Below, piece after piece: positions 10,890-22,185 of a stretch of 64,000 nt of DNA; position 1 is the stretch's first letter, and each line of letters opens with the position of its first letter. Source of the stretch: a virus. The DNA lies in IMG/VR virus record IMGVR_UViG_3300034102_002416, one strand, 5' to 3'. A program made the translations under genes and the position numbers. Under the pieces are notes generated by a model. That model was given only the letters and a program-made list of their open reading frames with translations. It did no database searches and was not told the origin of the DNA.

Positions 10890-11540
10890 TTATAATGTTG
10901 CAGTTGTTGCTTGTTTAATAGTTAAATTAATAGTAACACTTCCTCCGGTTTCATTACCAATAATTGTAATCGTCGCAGTTTTGTCACTTAATAATTGCGT
11001 TTTAGCTACAACACGGAATTCAAATCCTACAACTGCAACACTTTGTGCATCTTGATTATCCCCAATGAATCTTGGTGTAGTAGGAAGTACTGAATTTTGT
11101 AAAGCTCGTGTAACTTGTATATCTGCTACAGTCGAATCTGATAATATCGCAGTATATCCTAAGTTTGCATTACCACCTTGTAAATTACTTGTATTTGGTG
11201 CAATTGTCGCACTATCATTTGGAGCTAATAATGTTATCGCAGTATTTCCAACAGTTACAATTGGAATATTAGTAGTTTGTTTTGGTAATGTAATTAGTTT
11301 GTATTTTAATGCCTGCGTTTCATCCGGTATTGCTTCAGTAATAGGCATATTTTCAATAATTACCCCATAGTATGCCGTTCCCAATGGATGATCCGGATTC
11401 CATAATGTATAATCAATTTCATCATCGCCAACTGCAAATTGTGTAATATTAAAAGCATTTCCGCCTTGAGCAAGCAATTCACGACCTTTTAACGTCAAAA
11501 TTGCATCAACTGTTACACTTGTATTATCTAAATATCCCAT
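10890..11540 (-). CDS. Virion structural protein (tail-collar-like N-terminus)
   Basis: ILTLKGRELLAQG..ITQFAVGD motif; late box at 11562-11569. Confidence 0.6.
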   Translation of the reverse strand: MGYLDNTSVTVDAILTLKGRELLAQGGNAFNITQFAVGDDEIDYTLWNPDHPLGTAYYGVIIENMPITEAIPDETQALKYKLITLPKQTTNIPIVTVGNTAITLLAPNDSATIAPNTSNLQGGNANLGYTAILSDSTVADIQVTRALQNSVLPTTPRFIGDNQDAQSVAVVGFEFRVVAKTQLLSDKTATITIIGNETGGSVTINLTIKQATTATL

Positions 11541-11589
11541 ATTGTTTTAACCTTATTTTATATAAATATACATGTTAGTAATTTTAATG

Positions 11590-14500
11590 TTAAACTAAAA
11601 CAAAAGACCCTTGATCCCCTAATGTTTGATAGATTAACTGATTTGGATTAGTAGTACGCCATTCTACGACTGGACCACCATCTACTGTTTGTGTAGAATT
11701 AATGTTAAATGCTGGCGATGACATTTTTGCACCTGAATATCGTTGGTTATCAATTCCTTGTGGTAAGTAATCTTGCACCTCAGCTAAACTTCCAGATAAT
11801 CCATATGTGTATGTTGCATACGTACCAGAACCATATACGCCGGCTCCATATAATGATCCAATTGCATTTTCTGCTACATATGAAACAGTACCAGAAACAA
11901 AACGATATTCGGATTTTACACTTGAAATAATAGTAGGACAAAGAGCTTCACTTAACCAATATGGTGTAGATCCTGTAATCCAAGTACTTCCAGATCTTAA
12001 AATATATTCATGTGAGTATATTACCCCATCATACTTTTCAGAATTTGAAGCAGTTAAATACATTGTATATTCTGGATCAAACTCTGCAATAACATTTAAT
12101 ACGTTTGCATCCAAACTTCCAGTAAATAATAAACTATCTCCAGATCCGGATGGTACTATATTTTGTAAATTAGCATCATATACTGAATTATAACGTTCAA
12201 TTTTTGGTAGTATAGAATCTTTATTTCGTTCTAAAAAGTTTGGCTGTATTAATACGCCGGTAAGTTTATCAGCACGGGCTGGTAATAATTGTTCTAGTTG
12301 TTTAAAAAATGATAAATCATACAATGAAAATATTTTTATATATGAATTAATGTCATTTCTAGTAGAATATTTTTTCCAATATTCCTGAGCTTTGTGTATT
12401 AATTCTGGGTACGCAGTTTCCTCAGTATTACCCGGGTCTCCTATATAATCATCCAACGATATATAACCATATTGAGCTATTATATCTTCATCAATCATTG
12501 TCTGTGGAGAAAAATATACTCCTAGTTTTTTACTATCTAATGGTGCTTTATCAAATTGACTTCGTTCCGCTCTAGTTTTTACATCCAATGTTCCAATTAG
12601 TTCATTATCTTCTAAACGAATTTTATTATCATCAAACGTACCTGCACCTAAACTAGGAGAATCGTAGTAATATATTTCTTCTATGGAATCGTATGGTGTT
12701 GCTATAGTCCATCCAGAAAATGATGCTGATAATGAAGATAATTTAGGTTGTACACCAACTAAAGATCCAGTAAGATTATGGTTAATTTTTTGTGTTAATG
12801 GCAATCTAAATAGTAATTCGTTATATGGATCGGGCGAATTATATGCAGCAGGGGCTTTAACATGATTATTAAAATCAGAATCTGCTAAATTAACAGTCCA
12901 AATTCTTAATTCCTGCAATTGTCCTTCTAATCTATTAGCACCAGTACTAGTACCACCTAAAATAATAGATCCAGTTGGATTAAATGAACCAGTGCCAGAT
13001 GCTGAAACTGCTGCTACTATTTTACCATATTTTGAACGTTTTGCTGTAATTTCTAAATCGGAGCCGTTCGTACGAAGCATCGTAGATATCCATCCTCCGT
13101 CAAACATTTCAATATTAGCAGACCCCGTACCATTAACTAATATAGTACCTAACGTACCACTTGTATAATCTATTGTAACTACATTTGACCCAATGGTATA
13201 TAAATGCATTGTACTAGACATAGTTGGATTAGTAATTACATTATCTGTTCTAAATCTAAGTTCTACCGTATTAATCGATTCGGAATAATTTATAGTAACA
13301 GTACCCGCAGGATTTTGTAATAAATCTAATGCATAATCAAAATTCAATTTTTCATATATAGGCACTCGATCAAGTCTAGGTCCACCGTATTCATTAATGG
13401 ATATTATAGATTGTGGTATACCATAACAAGATAACAATGCTTGTATACTTCGTTTAGTACCTTTAGATTTTAATAATACCGGTAAGTTATTTACAATACG
13501 TCGCCAAACGGCATATGTACGATCTCGACCAGATACCGATGGATCTCCTATAGTATTAGACCCAGTTAATGGAGTACCAGTTTCAGATGTTCCTAATACA
13601 TATTCCCATAAATCTAATCGCTGATTCCCATCTGTTAAGTTCCATCCAAATTGTTTTGCTACCGAATATAATAATTCATTAGGCATTCCTAATTTAGGAT
13701 TTTCTTCTCGCTTGTTAATTTGAGACATATGATTGATATATGAATATAATATATCGTAATGATGTCCTAACATATTAACAAATGAAGTTATACCTTCATT
13801 AGCTGTATCTAGTTTTATAAATTGTGGCAATGCATATACTAACGCATTGTAATTCAATGTGTCATATAATGAAGCTGATACATAAATGTTATCATACCAA
13901 TTAATAAACTGACTTGATGTTACTGATGCTAATGTATACGGTACTGTTGAATTTATTTTAGGGGCTGGCGTAATATAACTACCAGTAACAGATGCTACAG
14001 TAAAGTTTTCTGATAGTATTGGATTTGATGTTAATCCAGATGATGATTGATAATATAAATATTGTTCAAATCCATCAAATCCACTTATCAAATTTGTTTT
14101 ACTTGCTTGGAAATCTGCAACATTAGTTGTAGCTACGCTACCCGATAATTGAGAAACTACTGAACTCTGAGACGTATAATACTCAATTAATTCTAATTTA
14201 TATTTGAAATTTTCTAAACGTTCTGTAGCTGAACTATAAAATATAAAATTATTAAAGTCCGAATAATCTATATTTAATTTTATTCCAGATAAACTTCCAG
14301 AAAAATATGAATCAACAATTTGTTGTGAAGTTTGTACACTTGATCCTAATAAATCTGTCCATGCCTGAAAACCGGTTTCAGTCGATGTATTATATACTGC
14401 ATTTGCATACCAATTTGGATTTGCTAATGTACGAAACGTAGTTTCAATCGGCTTTGGAGAAATTGAAAGTTTATCAATATATGTTGATTTTAATTCTTCA

Positions 14501-15165
14501 ACAACCCAACATTTAAAGTCAACATCAATATCAACAGATAATGGTTCATATAGTTTAACATATAAATAGTCACCAATAACTACACTATTAACAAAAAGTA
14601 CATTATTATTTCTGCTAAAATTTAATAAGTATTTTTTATAAAATTTGCTAGATGTATGTCGGACTGTCTGTATATACGATGTAATCTGTTTTAAAAATTC
14701 AGTATCTTCTGCATCGATTGCACGTAAACGTAATTCAGTACGATCTGGTGAAATTTCATCAATTCGTAAATGTTGTCTTTCGTAACCTCCTATTAAATTT
14801 TTAAAGAAATTAACAGCAAATCTAAAATTACCAGATGTTAGTTTTAAGTTATTAAATTCATCATATAAATTAATTGCAACCGGTCGATTTTTAATTGAAA
14901 TAATCTGTTTAGTTAATTTATTACGATATTCTGGAATTTTAGATTCTAATTGTATTTTATGATTTCCAGTTATCCACGTGTCATCAGAATATACATGTAA
15001 TTCAACACGAATATCTTCAGATTGTTGAGAAATTTCTGGTACTGGTACAACACGTTCATTTGCATCATAACTAAAAAATTCAGATTTTGTTTTTGCTATT
15101 CGATCAGCAGAAACTGATTTTGTAGAATTTTTAATTTCTTCGATATTTTTATATTGTGTTAACAT
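11590..15165 (-). CDS. Large baseplate/virion structural protein
   Basis: 1191 aa; LLKSKGTKRSIQALL tail/baseplate-like motif; LamG-like GQLQELRIW; adjacent to baseplate genes. Confidence 0.65.
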   Translation of the reverse strand: MLTQYKNIEEIKNSTKSVSADRIAKTKSEFFSYDANERVVPVPEISQQSEDIRVELHVYSDDTWITGNHKIQLESKIPEYRNKLTKQIISIKNRPVAINLYDEFNNLKLTSGNFRFAVNFFKNLIGGYERQHLRIDEISPDRTELRLRAIDAEDTEFLKQITSYIQTVRHTSSKFYKKYLLNFSRNNNVLFVNSVVIGDYLYVKLYEPLSVDIDVDFKCWVVEELKSTYIDKLSISPKPIETTFRTLANPNWYANAVYNTSTETGFQAWTDLLGSSVQTSQQIVDSYFSGSLSGIKLNIDYSDFNNFIFYSSATERLENFKYKLELIEYYTSQSSVVSQLSGSVATTNVADFQASKTNLISGFDGFEQYLYYQSSSGLTSNPILSENFTVASVTGSYITPAPKINSTVPYTLASVTSSQFINWYDNIYVSASLYDTLNYNALVYALPQFIKLDTANEGITSFVNMLGHHYDILYSYINHMSQINKREENPKLGMPNELLYSVAKQFGWNLTDGNQRLDLWEYVLGTSETGTPLTGSNTIGDPSVSGRDRTYAVWRRIVNNLPVLLKSKGTKRSIQALLSCYGIPQSIISINEYGGPRLDRVPIYEKLNFDYALDLLQNPAGTVTINYSESINTVELRFRTDNVITNPTMSSTMHLYTIGSNVVTIDYTSGTLGTILVNGTGSANIEMFDGGWISTMLRTNGSDLEITAKRSKYGKIVAAVSASGTGSFNPTGSIILGGTSTGANRLEGQLQELRIWTVNLADSDFNNHVKAPAAYNSPDPYNELLFRLPLTQKINHNLTGSLVGVQPKLSSLSASFSGWTIATPYDSIEEIYYYDSPSLGAGTFDDNKIRLEDNELIGTLDVKTRAERSQFDKAPLDSKKLGVYFSPQTMIDEDIIAQYGYISLDDYIGDPGNTEETAYPELIHKAQEYWKKYSTRNDINSYIKIFSLYDLSFFKQLEQLLPARADKLTGVLIQPNFLERNKDSILPKIERYNSVYDANLQNIVPSGSGDSLLFTGSLDANVLNVIAEFDPEYTMYLTASNSEKYDGVIYSHEYILRSGSTWITGSTPYWLSEALCPTIISSVKSEYRFVSGTVSYVAENAIGSLYGAGVYGSGTYATYTYGLSGSLAEVQDYLPQGIDNQRYSGAKMSSPAFNINSTQTVDGGPVVEWRTTNPNQLIYQTLGDQGSFVLV

Positions 15166-15168
15166 AAA

Positions 15169-16329
15169 TTACCCAACCGGTTGATTCCATTCATCAACAT
15201 TTTTTGCCGCATCTGTAACGACCATGTATGTTTGTTCTGAAAAAATTGTATGCTGATCAGGTTGTCCTGCATATGCACCTATACCAAAATAATCTCCTAT
15301 ATCAAATTGTGAATTTGGGATAACTTCATCAATATATAATATTTGAGTTTCTCCAGAAGTAATAGAACCAAATATTGGTTCATCTACTTGAGCTGCTTGT
15401 AATAGTACATCTCTATATAATGTTAATACTGCAATCGTATTATCATAATCATTTCGTAAATCTGCTAAAATAACAGCACCAGACGTAACGTTTGATATAA
15501 ACAATGTTATTAAATTTGGATCGATACGATATCCAGGTATTACTACTGATTGTATATCAGTTGGTATTTTTGACTTCATTGCATCAAAATGCGTTATTAA
15601 TGCAGTTTTTGGTGGCCCTGGTGGAAGTAGATTAATTCTTGTTTTTGCAGAATCAATATATGAATTAGCTCTTGTTAAAAATTGAGATGCTCTAAAAGCA
15701 ATATCATTATTATATGGATTTGCCGCGGGAGATGCATATGCTAAATTAGGACCTGGTCTAAAATAACGATTAAGCGGTTTATTAGGACCACCTTGCATCA
15801 AAGTAAAATAACATGTACCAAAGCCAGATACTGCTAAAAAGTAATGTGATATTTTAATACGTATACGAATATCCACTCCGGAATTTTTAACATCTTTAGT
15901 AATATAATATGTATTTGTAACAGTTTGAGGAACGCCTTCTACAATTTGATCTAATAATATTCCGGATGGAATTCCACCAGCATTAACCGTAGCATTTTCA
16001 CTTGGTTTATATCTTGCGTATACAGGATCTATATCTAATGTAAGATCTACATTTAAATTTAAATTATCACCAGTTTGAACTTCTACTGGGAACTTATAAT
16101 ACTGAAAACGAGTATCTAATACACGTAACAAAGAATTAGTAGCAATTTGTTCTGTAACTGGATCAATTATTAATAATGGATTGTTATTAGATCCTTCAGT
16201 CATTTTAATATTACCTGCATCATCTCGCGGAATAATATTTGTATCATTTGAAATGTATGTTAAACCATCAAGTCTATATTTTGCTTGAACTTTTTGATTA
16301 ACAGGATCTAACTTTTGTATTTTAGCCAT
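15169..16329 (-). CDS. Hypothetical structural protein
   Basis: 386 aa, translationally coupled within the virion operon. Confidence 0.5.
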   Translation of the reverse strand: MAKIQKLDPVNQKVQAKYRLDGLTYISNDTNIIPRDDAGNIKMTEGSNNNPLLIIDPVTEQIATNSLLRVLDTRFQYYKFPVEVQTGDNLNLNVDLTLDIDPVYARYKPSENATVNAGGIPSGILLDQIVEGVPQTVTNTYYITKDVKNSGVDIRIRIKISHYFLAVSGFGTCYFTLMQGGPNKPLNRYFRPGPNLAYASPAANPYNNDIAFRASQFLTRANSYIDSAKTRINLLPPGPPKTALITHFDAMKSKIPTDIQSVVIPGYRIDPNLITLFISNVTSGAVILADLRNDYDNTIAVLTLYRDVLLQAAQVDEPIFGSITSGETQILYIDEVIPNSQFDIGDYFGIGAYAGQPDQHTIFSEQTYMVVTDAAKNVDEWNQPVG

Positions 16330-17447
16330 TATCTAACTACTTTAAAATAAATTTGATCATCAACATATTGTTCTACAATTCCATCAATAATCTTTAATTC
16401 TAAACGATAGTAGCGTTCCGGCATAAAACTATTCATATCAACATAAATAAAATTTCCCGTACTATCGCAACTAACTTTATTATAAATATTATCATATGAA
16501 ATTATAGGTTCATCTGTTTGTGCATCAAATATTGCATAATATGTAGTAGATGGTAAATATTTTACAGTTTCATATGGAAATAAATTTGTTGGAGATTTTC
16601 TAGGAAACTTATCACGTGCAAATATACGTATTTTTGTTACTTCAGTGTCTTTATACTGCGGTTTAACCTGGGTATATACATCATATGAATCAATATTAAC
16701 CTGGGTAAGAGATCCTGTTGTAAAAGTGCTGTTATCCCAGTACATAGTTAATCTAGGGACATATATAGTATGAGTATCTCTACTAAAAAATCTAATATAG
16801 CCTGATACATTATCATTTTGCTCATCAGAGTCAGAAAACTGCAGTAAGAATCCATAATTTGGAATAGATGCTCCACCACTTCCACTTAACCATATTTTAA
16901 CAGAATCGGTTACATCAATATTTAAATCAGTAGTACGATATGAAAATGATTCTGATGTTATTAAACCAGCTGTGCTACCACCAGATGCTGATTGAAACAT
17001 CCATGAACTACCGGTACCAGATCCTGACGCATACAATGTACTAGAACCAATTTGTATGTTCTGACTGCTAGAATACCATGTGCTACCAGATACCGGATAA
17101 TTCCATGTTATACCATCTGTAGTAGGACTTGTTTGATATCCTGTACCATTAATCCAATCTTGTGCTATTAGTTTGGAAAAGATAGAATATTCTGCTGGTA
17201 AACTTTTTGCATGAGATGTATATAATTGTAAAATAAATTTACAGTCGTTTACCGTTTTATTATATTTTGCTAATGATGCTGAAATTTCAGACATATCAAA
17301 TTTTACAACAGCTCTAGATTTTAACAATGTAGCACCATCATCGCCTAAACGTTTGCCTATTTCTAGTATTTCATCTAAACCGGTATTTGCATTAGGAGCC
17401 GATTCATATAATGTTGCATCTTTTTCTGCATAAAAAATTCTAAACAT
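16329..17447 (-). CDS. Virion protein with DNRLRE-like domain
   Basis: KDATLYE..PNANTG, SRAVVKFD, NYGFLL and PRL motifs. Confidence 0.6.
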   Translation of the reverse strand: MFRIFYAEKDATLYESAPNANTGLDEILEIGKRLGDDGATLLKSRAVVKFDMSEISASLAKYNKTVNDCKFILQLYTSHAKSLPAEYSIFSKLIAQDWINGTGYQTSPTTDGITWNYPVSGSTWYSSSQNIQIGSSTLYASGSGTGSSWMFQSASGGSTAGLITSESFSYRTTDLNIDVTDSVKIWLSGSGGASIPNYGFLLQFSDSDEQNDNVSGYIRFFSRDTHTIYVPRLTMYWDNSTFTTGSLTQVNIDSYDVYTQVKPQYKDTEVTKIRIFARDKFPRKSPTNLFPYETVKYLPSTTYYAIFDAQTDEPIISYDNIYNKVSCDSTGNFIYVDMNSFMPERYYRLELKIIDGIVEQYVDDQIYFKVVR

Positions 17448-17456
17448 GTATCACCT

Positions 17457-19343
17457 TTAATAATTTACTACTCGACCTTTAATATCTCTTGTTGAAAATT
17501 TAACTTCAAAAATACTAGGATCTAATGAAGGATAAATAATACCATTCTTAGTAGCAGAATTTAAATCATAAATGTTACCTGAATACCCAAAAGTCGTATC
17601 AAATAAATTGTTTAACGAAACTCCAATAACTGATTGAACTCCTTTTACATTGGCTAATGTAGTAGTTATATCAGATTTAATAATTGGTTGGTTTATTTGC
17701 CATTTATCGATATCAAAAAATGATTGTAATGCACTAATACAATTTAATAATACTTCATTGCTATTATAATTTGGTAAAACTGATATTTCAAAGTTAACAC
17801 CAATATTAATTATAAATGCATCTTTAATATTAACTGCATCTGTTAATATACGATAATAATCTAAATATGTTTTTAAATTTTCTTTAATAGCTTGATTTAA
17901 TTGTACTAATTGTTTCGAAGAATTATATCCTAAAACATACATGTTCATTGCTAATGGATTTAATACACGAGATTCCTGATAATCTTGTTGTGATAATTGA
18001 TCATCTGGAACTATATATGCTTTAGCAACACTTCCATATTTTGCCGGCATTGAATATGCACGAATAATATAATCTTCACGTGTTACTAAACGATTTTGTG
18101 TAGCAAAGTATGCTAGTGCATTATTTTTTATATCTTGTGCAGTATCGGCAGTTTTAGCACCAGTTGCCGCAATTGGATTATTAACAGCTACTGTTGTTTT
18201 AACAAAATTAACTAATGCAGCGCTTAAACTACTATTAATATCATCATTATATTCGATAAAATTAATTTGTGTTAATACATTTGCTGGTACGTTATCAACA
18301 ATTCCGTTACCAACTGTATATATAACTGTTAACGTTGTGTTTGCCGGTGCTTGGCCATATGTTCTTGTATATAAAAAATTAGACGGATCTATATCGACAT
18401 CTACGGCACGCCTAAAGCCGGCTAATCCATTCCCGACGTTATCTGGATTTGGTATTACTTCTTCATCATTATTATCAGAAACACCAGAACCAAATTGTAT
18501 TTCTAAACGATTATCACTTCGCAATCTGGTAATAAATCGTTTTGCAGTTTTTCTAAGTTTTAATAAGCTAGGAGATGATGATCTATAAACATATAAATCC
18601 GGATCAGTTTCTGCTAAATTTGGTACATCTTCGAAGATAGTGTCTTGTGCTAAATATGGAACTTGATACCAATTATCGCCATCGGATTCGGTCATAGAAA
18701 GTATTTCTATAATATTCGTATCTGGTAATACAACTTTATCGTATGGTATTGGAGTAGTAAAATTGTAAGATGTTGTTCGAACATCACCTGACACTGCTCG
18801 TACTTGTTTTTTAAGAAGATAATATGTTGGTAATTTAGTGGATGGATCACTTTCATATATAGTTACTTCAGTAGTATCAAATGATGATGAAAAACCAAAA
18901 TCTACGCTATCCAATGTTCTGAATATAGATGGTCCGTTTGACTGTTGTATACGCATTCCCGGTTTAATTGATAATGCATAATTATAATCAGGTTGCACAT
19001 TTGCACCAGTACCTGTTGCTGGAACTAACTGAAATATATCTAATGTAACATATGCTGGTACAACATTATTAGGCGTATAACCTAATGATTTTGCAATATC
19101 ATATATATTTGTTCGTTCCGATGCTTGTTCTAAAAAAGATTCTCTTAAATTTGTATCAGCATAGTATGATAATACATCGCCAACATATGCAGCTAATTCC
19201 AGAAATATCATTCCAGGAGATGACTCGTTAAAATCAGTGTATGTTTGTGGAAAGTATTGTTTCGTAAAATCTATTAGATTTTGTCGAAATTGACTAAAAT
19301 CCTTTCCTAAGTATGATATATCTTTTTTAGTTTCCATCAGCAA
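17457..19343 (-). CDS. Baseplate wedge subunit (T4 gp6/baseplate J-like)
   Basis: DFNESSPGMIFLELAAYVGDVLSYY, FLEQA, IQFGSG, QNRLVTREDY. Confidence 0.88.
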   Translation of the reverse strand: MLMETKKDISYLGKDFSQFRQNLIDFTKQYFPQTYTDFNESSPGMIFLELAAYVGDVLSYYADTNLRESFLEQASERTNIYDIAKSLGYTPNNVVPAYVTLDIFQLVPATGTGANVQPDYNYALSIKPGMRIQQSNGPSIFRTLDSVDFGFSSSFDTTEVTIYESDPSTKLPTYYLLKKQVRAVSGDVRTTSYNFTTPIPYDKVVLPDTNIIEILSMTESDGDNWYQVPYLAQDTIFEDVPNLAETDPDLYVYRSSSPSLLKLRKTAKRFITRLRSDNRLEIQFGSGVSDNNDEEVIPNPDNVGNGLAGFRRAVDVDIDPSNFLYTRTYGQAPANTTLTVIYTVGNGIVDNVPANVLTQINFIEYNDDINSSLSAALVNFVKTTVAVNNPIAATGAKTADTAQDIKNNALAYFATQNRLVTREDYIIRAYSMPAKYGSVAKAYIVPDDQLSQQDYQESRVLNPLAMNMYVLGYNSSKQLVQLNQAIKENLKTYLDYYRILTDAVNIKDAFIINIGVNFEISVLPNYNSNEVLLNCISALQSFFDIDKWQINQPIIKSDITTTLANVKGVQSVIGVSLNNLFDTTFGYSGNIYDLNSATKNGIIYPSLDPSIFEVKFSTRDIKGRVVNY

Positions 19344-19791
19344 TTAATAATTGGTTATCATTTGTTACATTTAATGTTATAGTTGATAATGATTCATCTG
19401 TAGTATTTGTTTGCACTTGAAACGTAATTTTTACAGAAATATTATGATCTAAATTTGCATCATCTTCAGCAGTTACAGTAGCAATTTCTATTATATTAAT
19501 ATATGGTAACCAAAAATTAACTGGCTGTGTTATAACATCATTTATATTTTGTTTAATTGCATTTGTATTAGGTTCAAATAGTAATCTAACTAAATTAGTA
19601 CCAAAATTTGGCTGAAGTGGTCGTTCACCTTTAGTTGTTAACAGTAAATTTTTAAGATTACTAATTGCTTGATCGACGGTAGTATATGTCGATGAAAAAA
19701 TTCCAAAAGCACCATTAAATGGTAATTGTACACCTAGTGCACGATTTTCAGTCGTATCAGATTGATTTACACTTAATACTTGATACGCCAT
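19327..19791 (-). CDS. Baseplate wedge protein gp25-like (sheath initiator)
   Basis: NLKNLLLTTKGERPLQPNFGTNL..LLFEP. Confidence 0.9.
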   Translation of the reverse strand: MAYQVLSVNQSDTTENRALGVQLPFNGAFGIFSSTYTTVDQAISNLKNLLLTTKGERPLQPNFGTNLVRLLFEPNTNAIKQNINDVITQPVNFWLPYINIIEIATVTAEDDANLDHNISVKITFQVQTNTTDESLSTITLNVTNDNQLLIADGN

Positions 19792-19795
19792 TTAA

Positions 19796-20302
19796 TTATA
19801 ATCCTTTCTTCTTATTCACTGCTTTCATTAAAGCCGAATAATCTCTTGTTAACGCCTTTTGAACCTCAGGCGCTACTTCATATGTTTTACCCGTTTCTGG
19901 ATCTTCCATAACTGTCGGTGTTTGTGGTGCCAATCCCATTGCCTGTTGCATATTTTGTCGCATCATACCAAATCCTTGAGCATCTGCTGAAGTGAATGAT
20001 AAGTCATCTACGCCTTCATTCATTAAATCAGAAAAACTATTCATTGCTAAAGGCGCCTGTTCAACTAACGCATCTGTTTCGTTTAATATCGATGCCCATT
20101 TGTTTTCTGTGAATTGAACCGTAGATTTTTTCTTCGGTGGCGGAGGTGGATTTCGGTGGCCTGGCAAATTTGTTGTTCGCTTCGGCTGTTTCATTTCTGT
20201 AATAGTAGATTGTAATCCTTCTCGAAGAATTTCTGTTAATTCTTCTTTAATAACTTCACGTACGGCTACTTTAAGCGCTTTTATCAATGTTTTTGAATCC
20301 AT
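19796..20302 (-). CDS. Hypothetical late protein
   Basis: AVREVIKEEL repeat-like N-terminus; late box at 20317-20324. Confidence 0.5.
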   Translation of the reverse strand: MDSKTLIKALKVAVREVIKEELTEILREGLQSTITEMKQPKRTTNLPGHRNPPPPPKKKSTVQFTENKWASILNETDALVEQAPLAMNSFSDLMNEGVDDLSFTSADAQGFGMMRQNMQQAMGLAPQTPTVMEDPETGKTYEVAPEVQKALTRDYSALMKAVNKKKGL

Positions 20303-20332
20303 GGTATATTTTTTATATAAATATTGTAAATA

Positions 20333-21169
20333 TTAATTTACGGGATTACCCCAATTAGTAGCAGATACTTTTGGTCCGTAAACTGTATTTGTAGTTGTAT
20401 CAATATAATAATCGCCAGTTTTACCTAAATCTACCGGTGGTATTCCAGCCTGTTGATATACTTTGCTAGGTGCTTCTTGTAACGATGTTAGTAAATCTTG
20501 TTGTTGCTGTAAAAGTTGTTCAATCTGGCCAGATCGGTCTGTTAAATCAGAATCTGATACATTTAGTTCGTTATAGAATTCACTGTTAACTAAATCATTA
20601 TAATCCGTGATATTGGCATTTTTTAATTCATCTGGTACTTCTAATGCCGGCGCTTCGCCGTTACACGCTTCTCCAATTTTAGCAATTGCTGCAATTAATG
20701 GAGGTAATAAAGTTTGTAAACGTCCTAATAATTGAGTCGGCAACGTTGCAAATTGATTTAATGACGCAATTGCATTAACAATCGTAGCATCTTGTATTGC
20801 TTGTAATTGTAATGCAATAAATAAACCAGCAGTTGCTGGATTTGAAAGTTGTGCTGCAGCTATCGTGGCTTTAATTCCTTGTGCAATATTAACAATTTGT
20901 TTAACTGCATTGATTGATTGTTGTATTACTGGTATAGCAGCTTGTACTTGCTGAATAATTTCTTGTATTTGAGCTAATTGTTCTTTTAGTTTTTTTATAC
21001 GAGGATCATCACATTGAATATTTCCTGGTAATTTAACTGATTCTTGTATGACATTCGAAGCAATTTCAGTTAATTGATCTAATTGTTGATTTAATTGATC
21101 AATTATAAATTCGGCGCCACGTGCTGGTAATTTAGGTATAAAATCTAATGGTGGTACTATTGATGGCAT
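20333..21169 (-). CDS. Hypothetical virion protein
   Basis: Helical Q/A-rich region plus C-terminal GKTGDYYIDTTT..YGPK..W fibre-like motif. Confidence 0.5.
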   Translation of the reverse strand: MPSIVPPLDFIPKLPARGAEFIIDQLNQQLDQLTEIASNVIQESVKLPGNIQCDDPRIKKLKEQLAQIQEIIQQVQAAIPVIQQSINAVKQIVNIAQGIKATIAAAQLSNPATAGLFIALQLQAIQDATIVNAIASLNQFATLPTQLLGRLQTLLPPLIAAIAKIGEACNGEAPALEVPDELKNANITDYNDLVNSEFYNELNVSDSDLTDRSGQIEQLLQQQQDLLTSLQEAPSKVYQQAGIPPVDLGKTGDYYIDTTTNTVYGPKVSATNWGNPVN

Positions 21170-21177
21170 AACTTTCC

Positions 21178-22185
21178 TTAATATGTATTTTTCTTAATAA
21201 AATATGTAGAACTTAGTAATTCTTGCAATAATTGCTGGGCTCGTTGGACGTATGATCCTCCATTAGCATAACCGCCAGTGGGTGCATATGTATCTCCGAC
21301 TACGATTCCTGATTGCAGTTGTAAAATAATATTTTGTAATATTGATACTAATACATCACCATGTACCATAGATTCTGTAGCATCATCACTTCCAATTTTA
21401 ACTTCACCGGTGGTATTTAACACGATACCAACTGGCGCATCAATAACCGCAATATCTGTTTTTGCTTTTAATATAATACGATCAGCAACACCAATTAGTT
21501 GTGATCTAGAAAACTGTGATTCACTAGGACCAAATTTAGTAAGTGGATTTCTTTGATTACCAACGCCTAATAATAAATTTGGAATATTTTGTGTGCTTGT
21601 TAAGTATATAGATGAAGCATCTGCCTCAACATTCTCAATAACATATGAATCTTTTGTATATGGAGTACCATTGGAAATTGCAATAATTGGATCGCCATTT
21701 ATAGCACCACGCCATAGTGGACGCGTTTCATATTCGCCTCCGATAACAGTACTACCTAATCTAATAGTATTACTAAATCGACCTTCGATTAATATATCAC
21801 CCTCATACGGTTGTTTAAATGATACTTCTTTTTCTTCGAATGATGTTTTTGGAATATATGGTATACTTTGTGGTTGAGAAACTCCTTGCAAAAAATTGCT
21901 ATTAACATCTGAATTTAAAGCAAAACTTGAAATCCAATACCACTGTGGATATGCTGATTCTGAGTTATTTTCTGCCGATAATCCGCGCACTAATAATACA
22001 TGTTCTCCGACACGCGGTATATCTTTTATATTAGAATTTAAAGGAATTGCTAATATTTCTTGTTGATTATAAAAATCAGTATATGTTTTTACAGATATTT
22101 GAAATTTATTACTATCCACATACTCATATGTAGATACATTTGGATTTGAAATTACTTCTCCGATATGAAACTCTACATTAGACAT
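21178..22185 (-). CDS. Putative baseplate hub/spike (gp5-like) protein
   Basis: IPRVGEHVLL OB-like segment; EGDILIEGRFSNTIRLGST; upstream of gp25. Confidence 0.55.
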   Translation of the reverse strand: MSNVEFHIGEVISNPNVSTYEYVDSNKFQISVKTYTDFYNQQEILAIPLNSNIKDIPRVGEHVLLVRGLSAENNSESAYPQWYWISSFALNSDVNSNFLQGVSQPQSIPYIPKTSFEEKEVSFKQPYEGDILIEGRFSNTIRLGSTVIGGEYETRPLWRGAINGDPIIAISNGTPYTKDSYVIENVEADASSIYLTSTQNIPNLLLGVGNQRNPLTKFGPSESQFSRSQLIGVADRIILKAKTDIAVIDAPVGIVLNTTGEVKIGSDDATESMVHGDVLVSILQNIILQLQSGIVVGDTYAPTGGYANGGSYVQRAQQLLQELLSSTYFIKKNTY

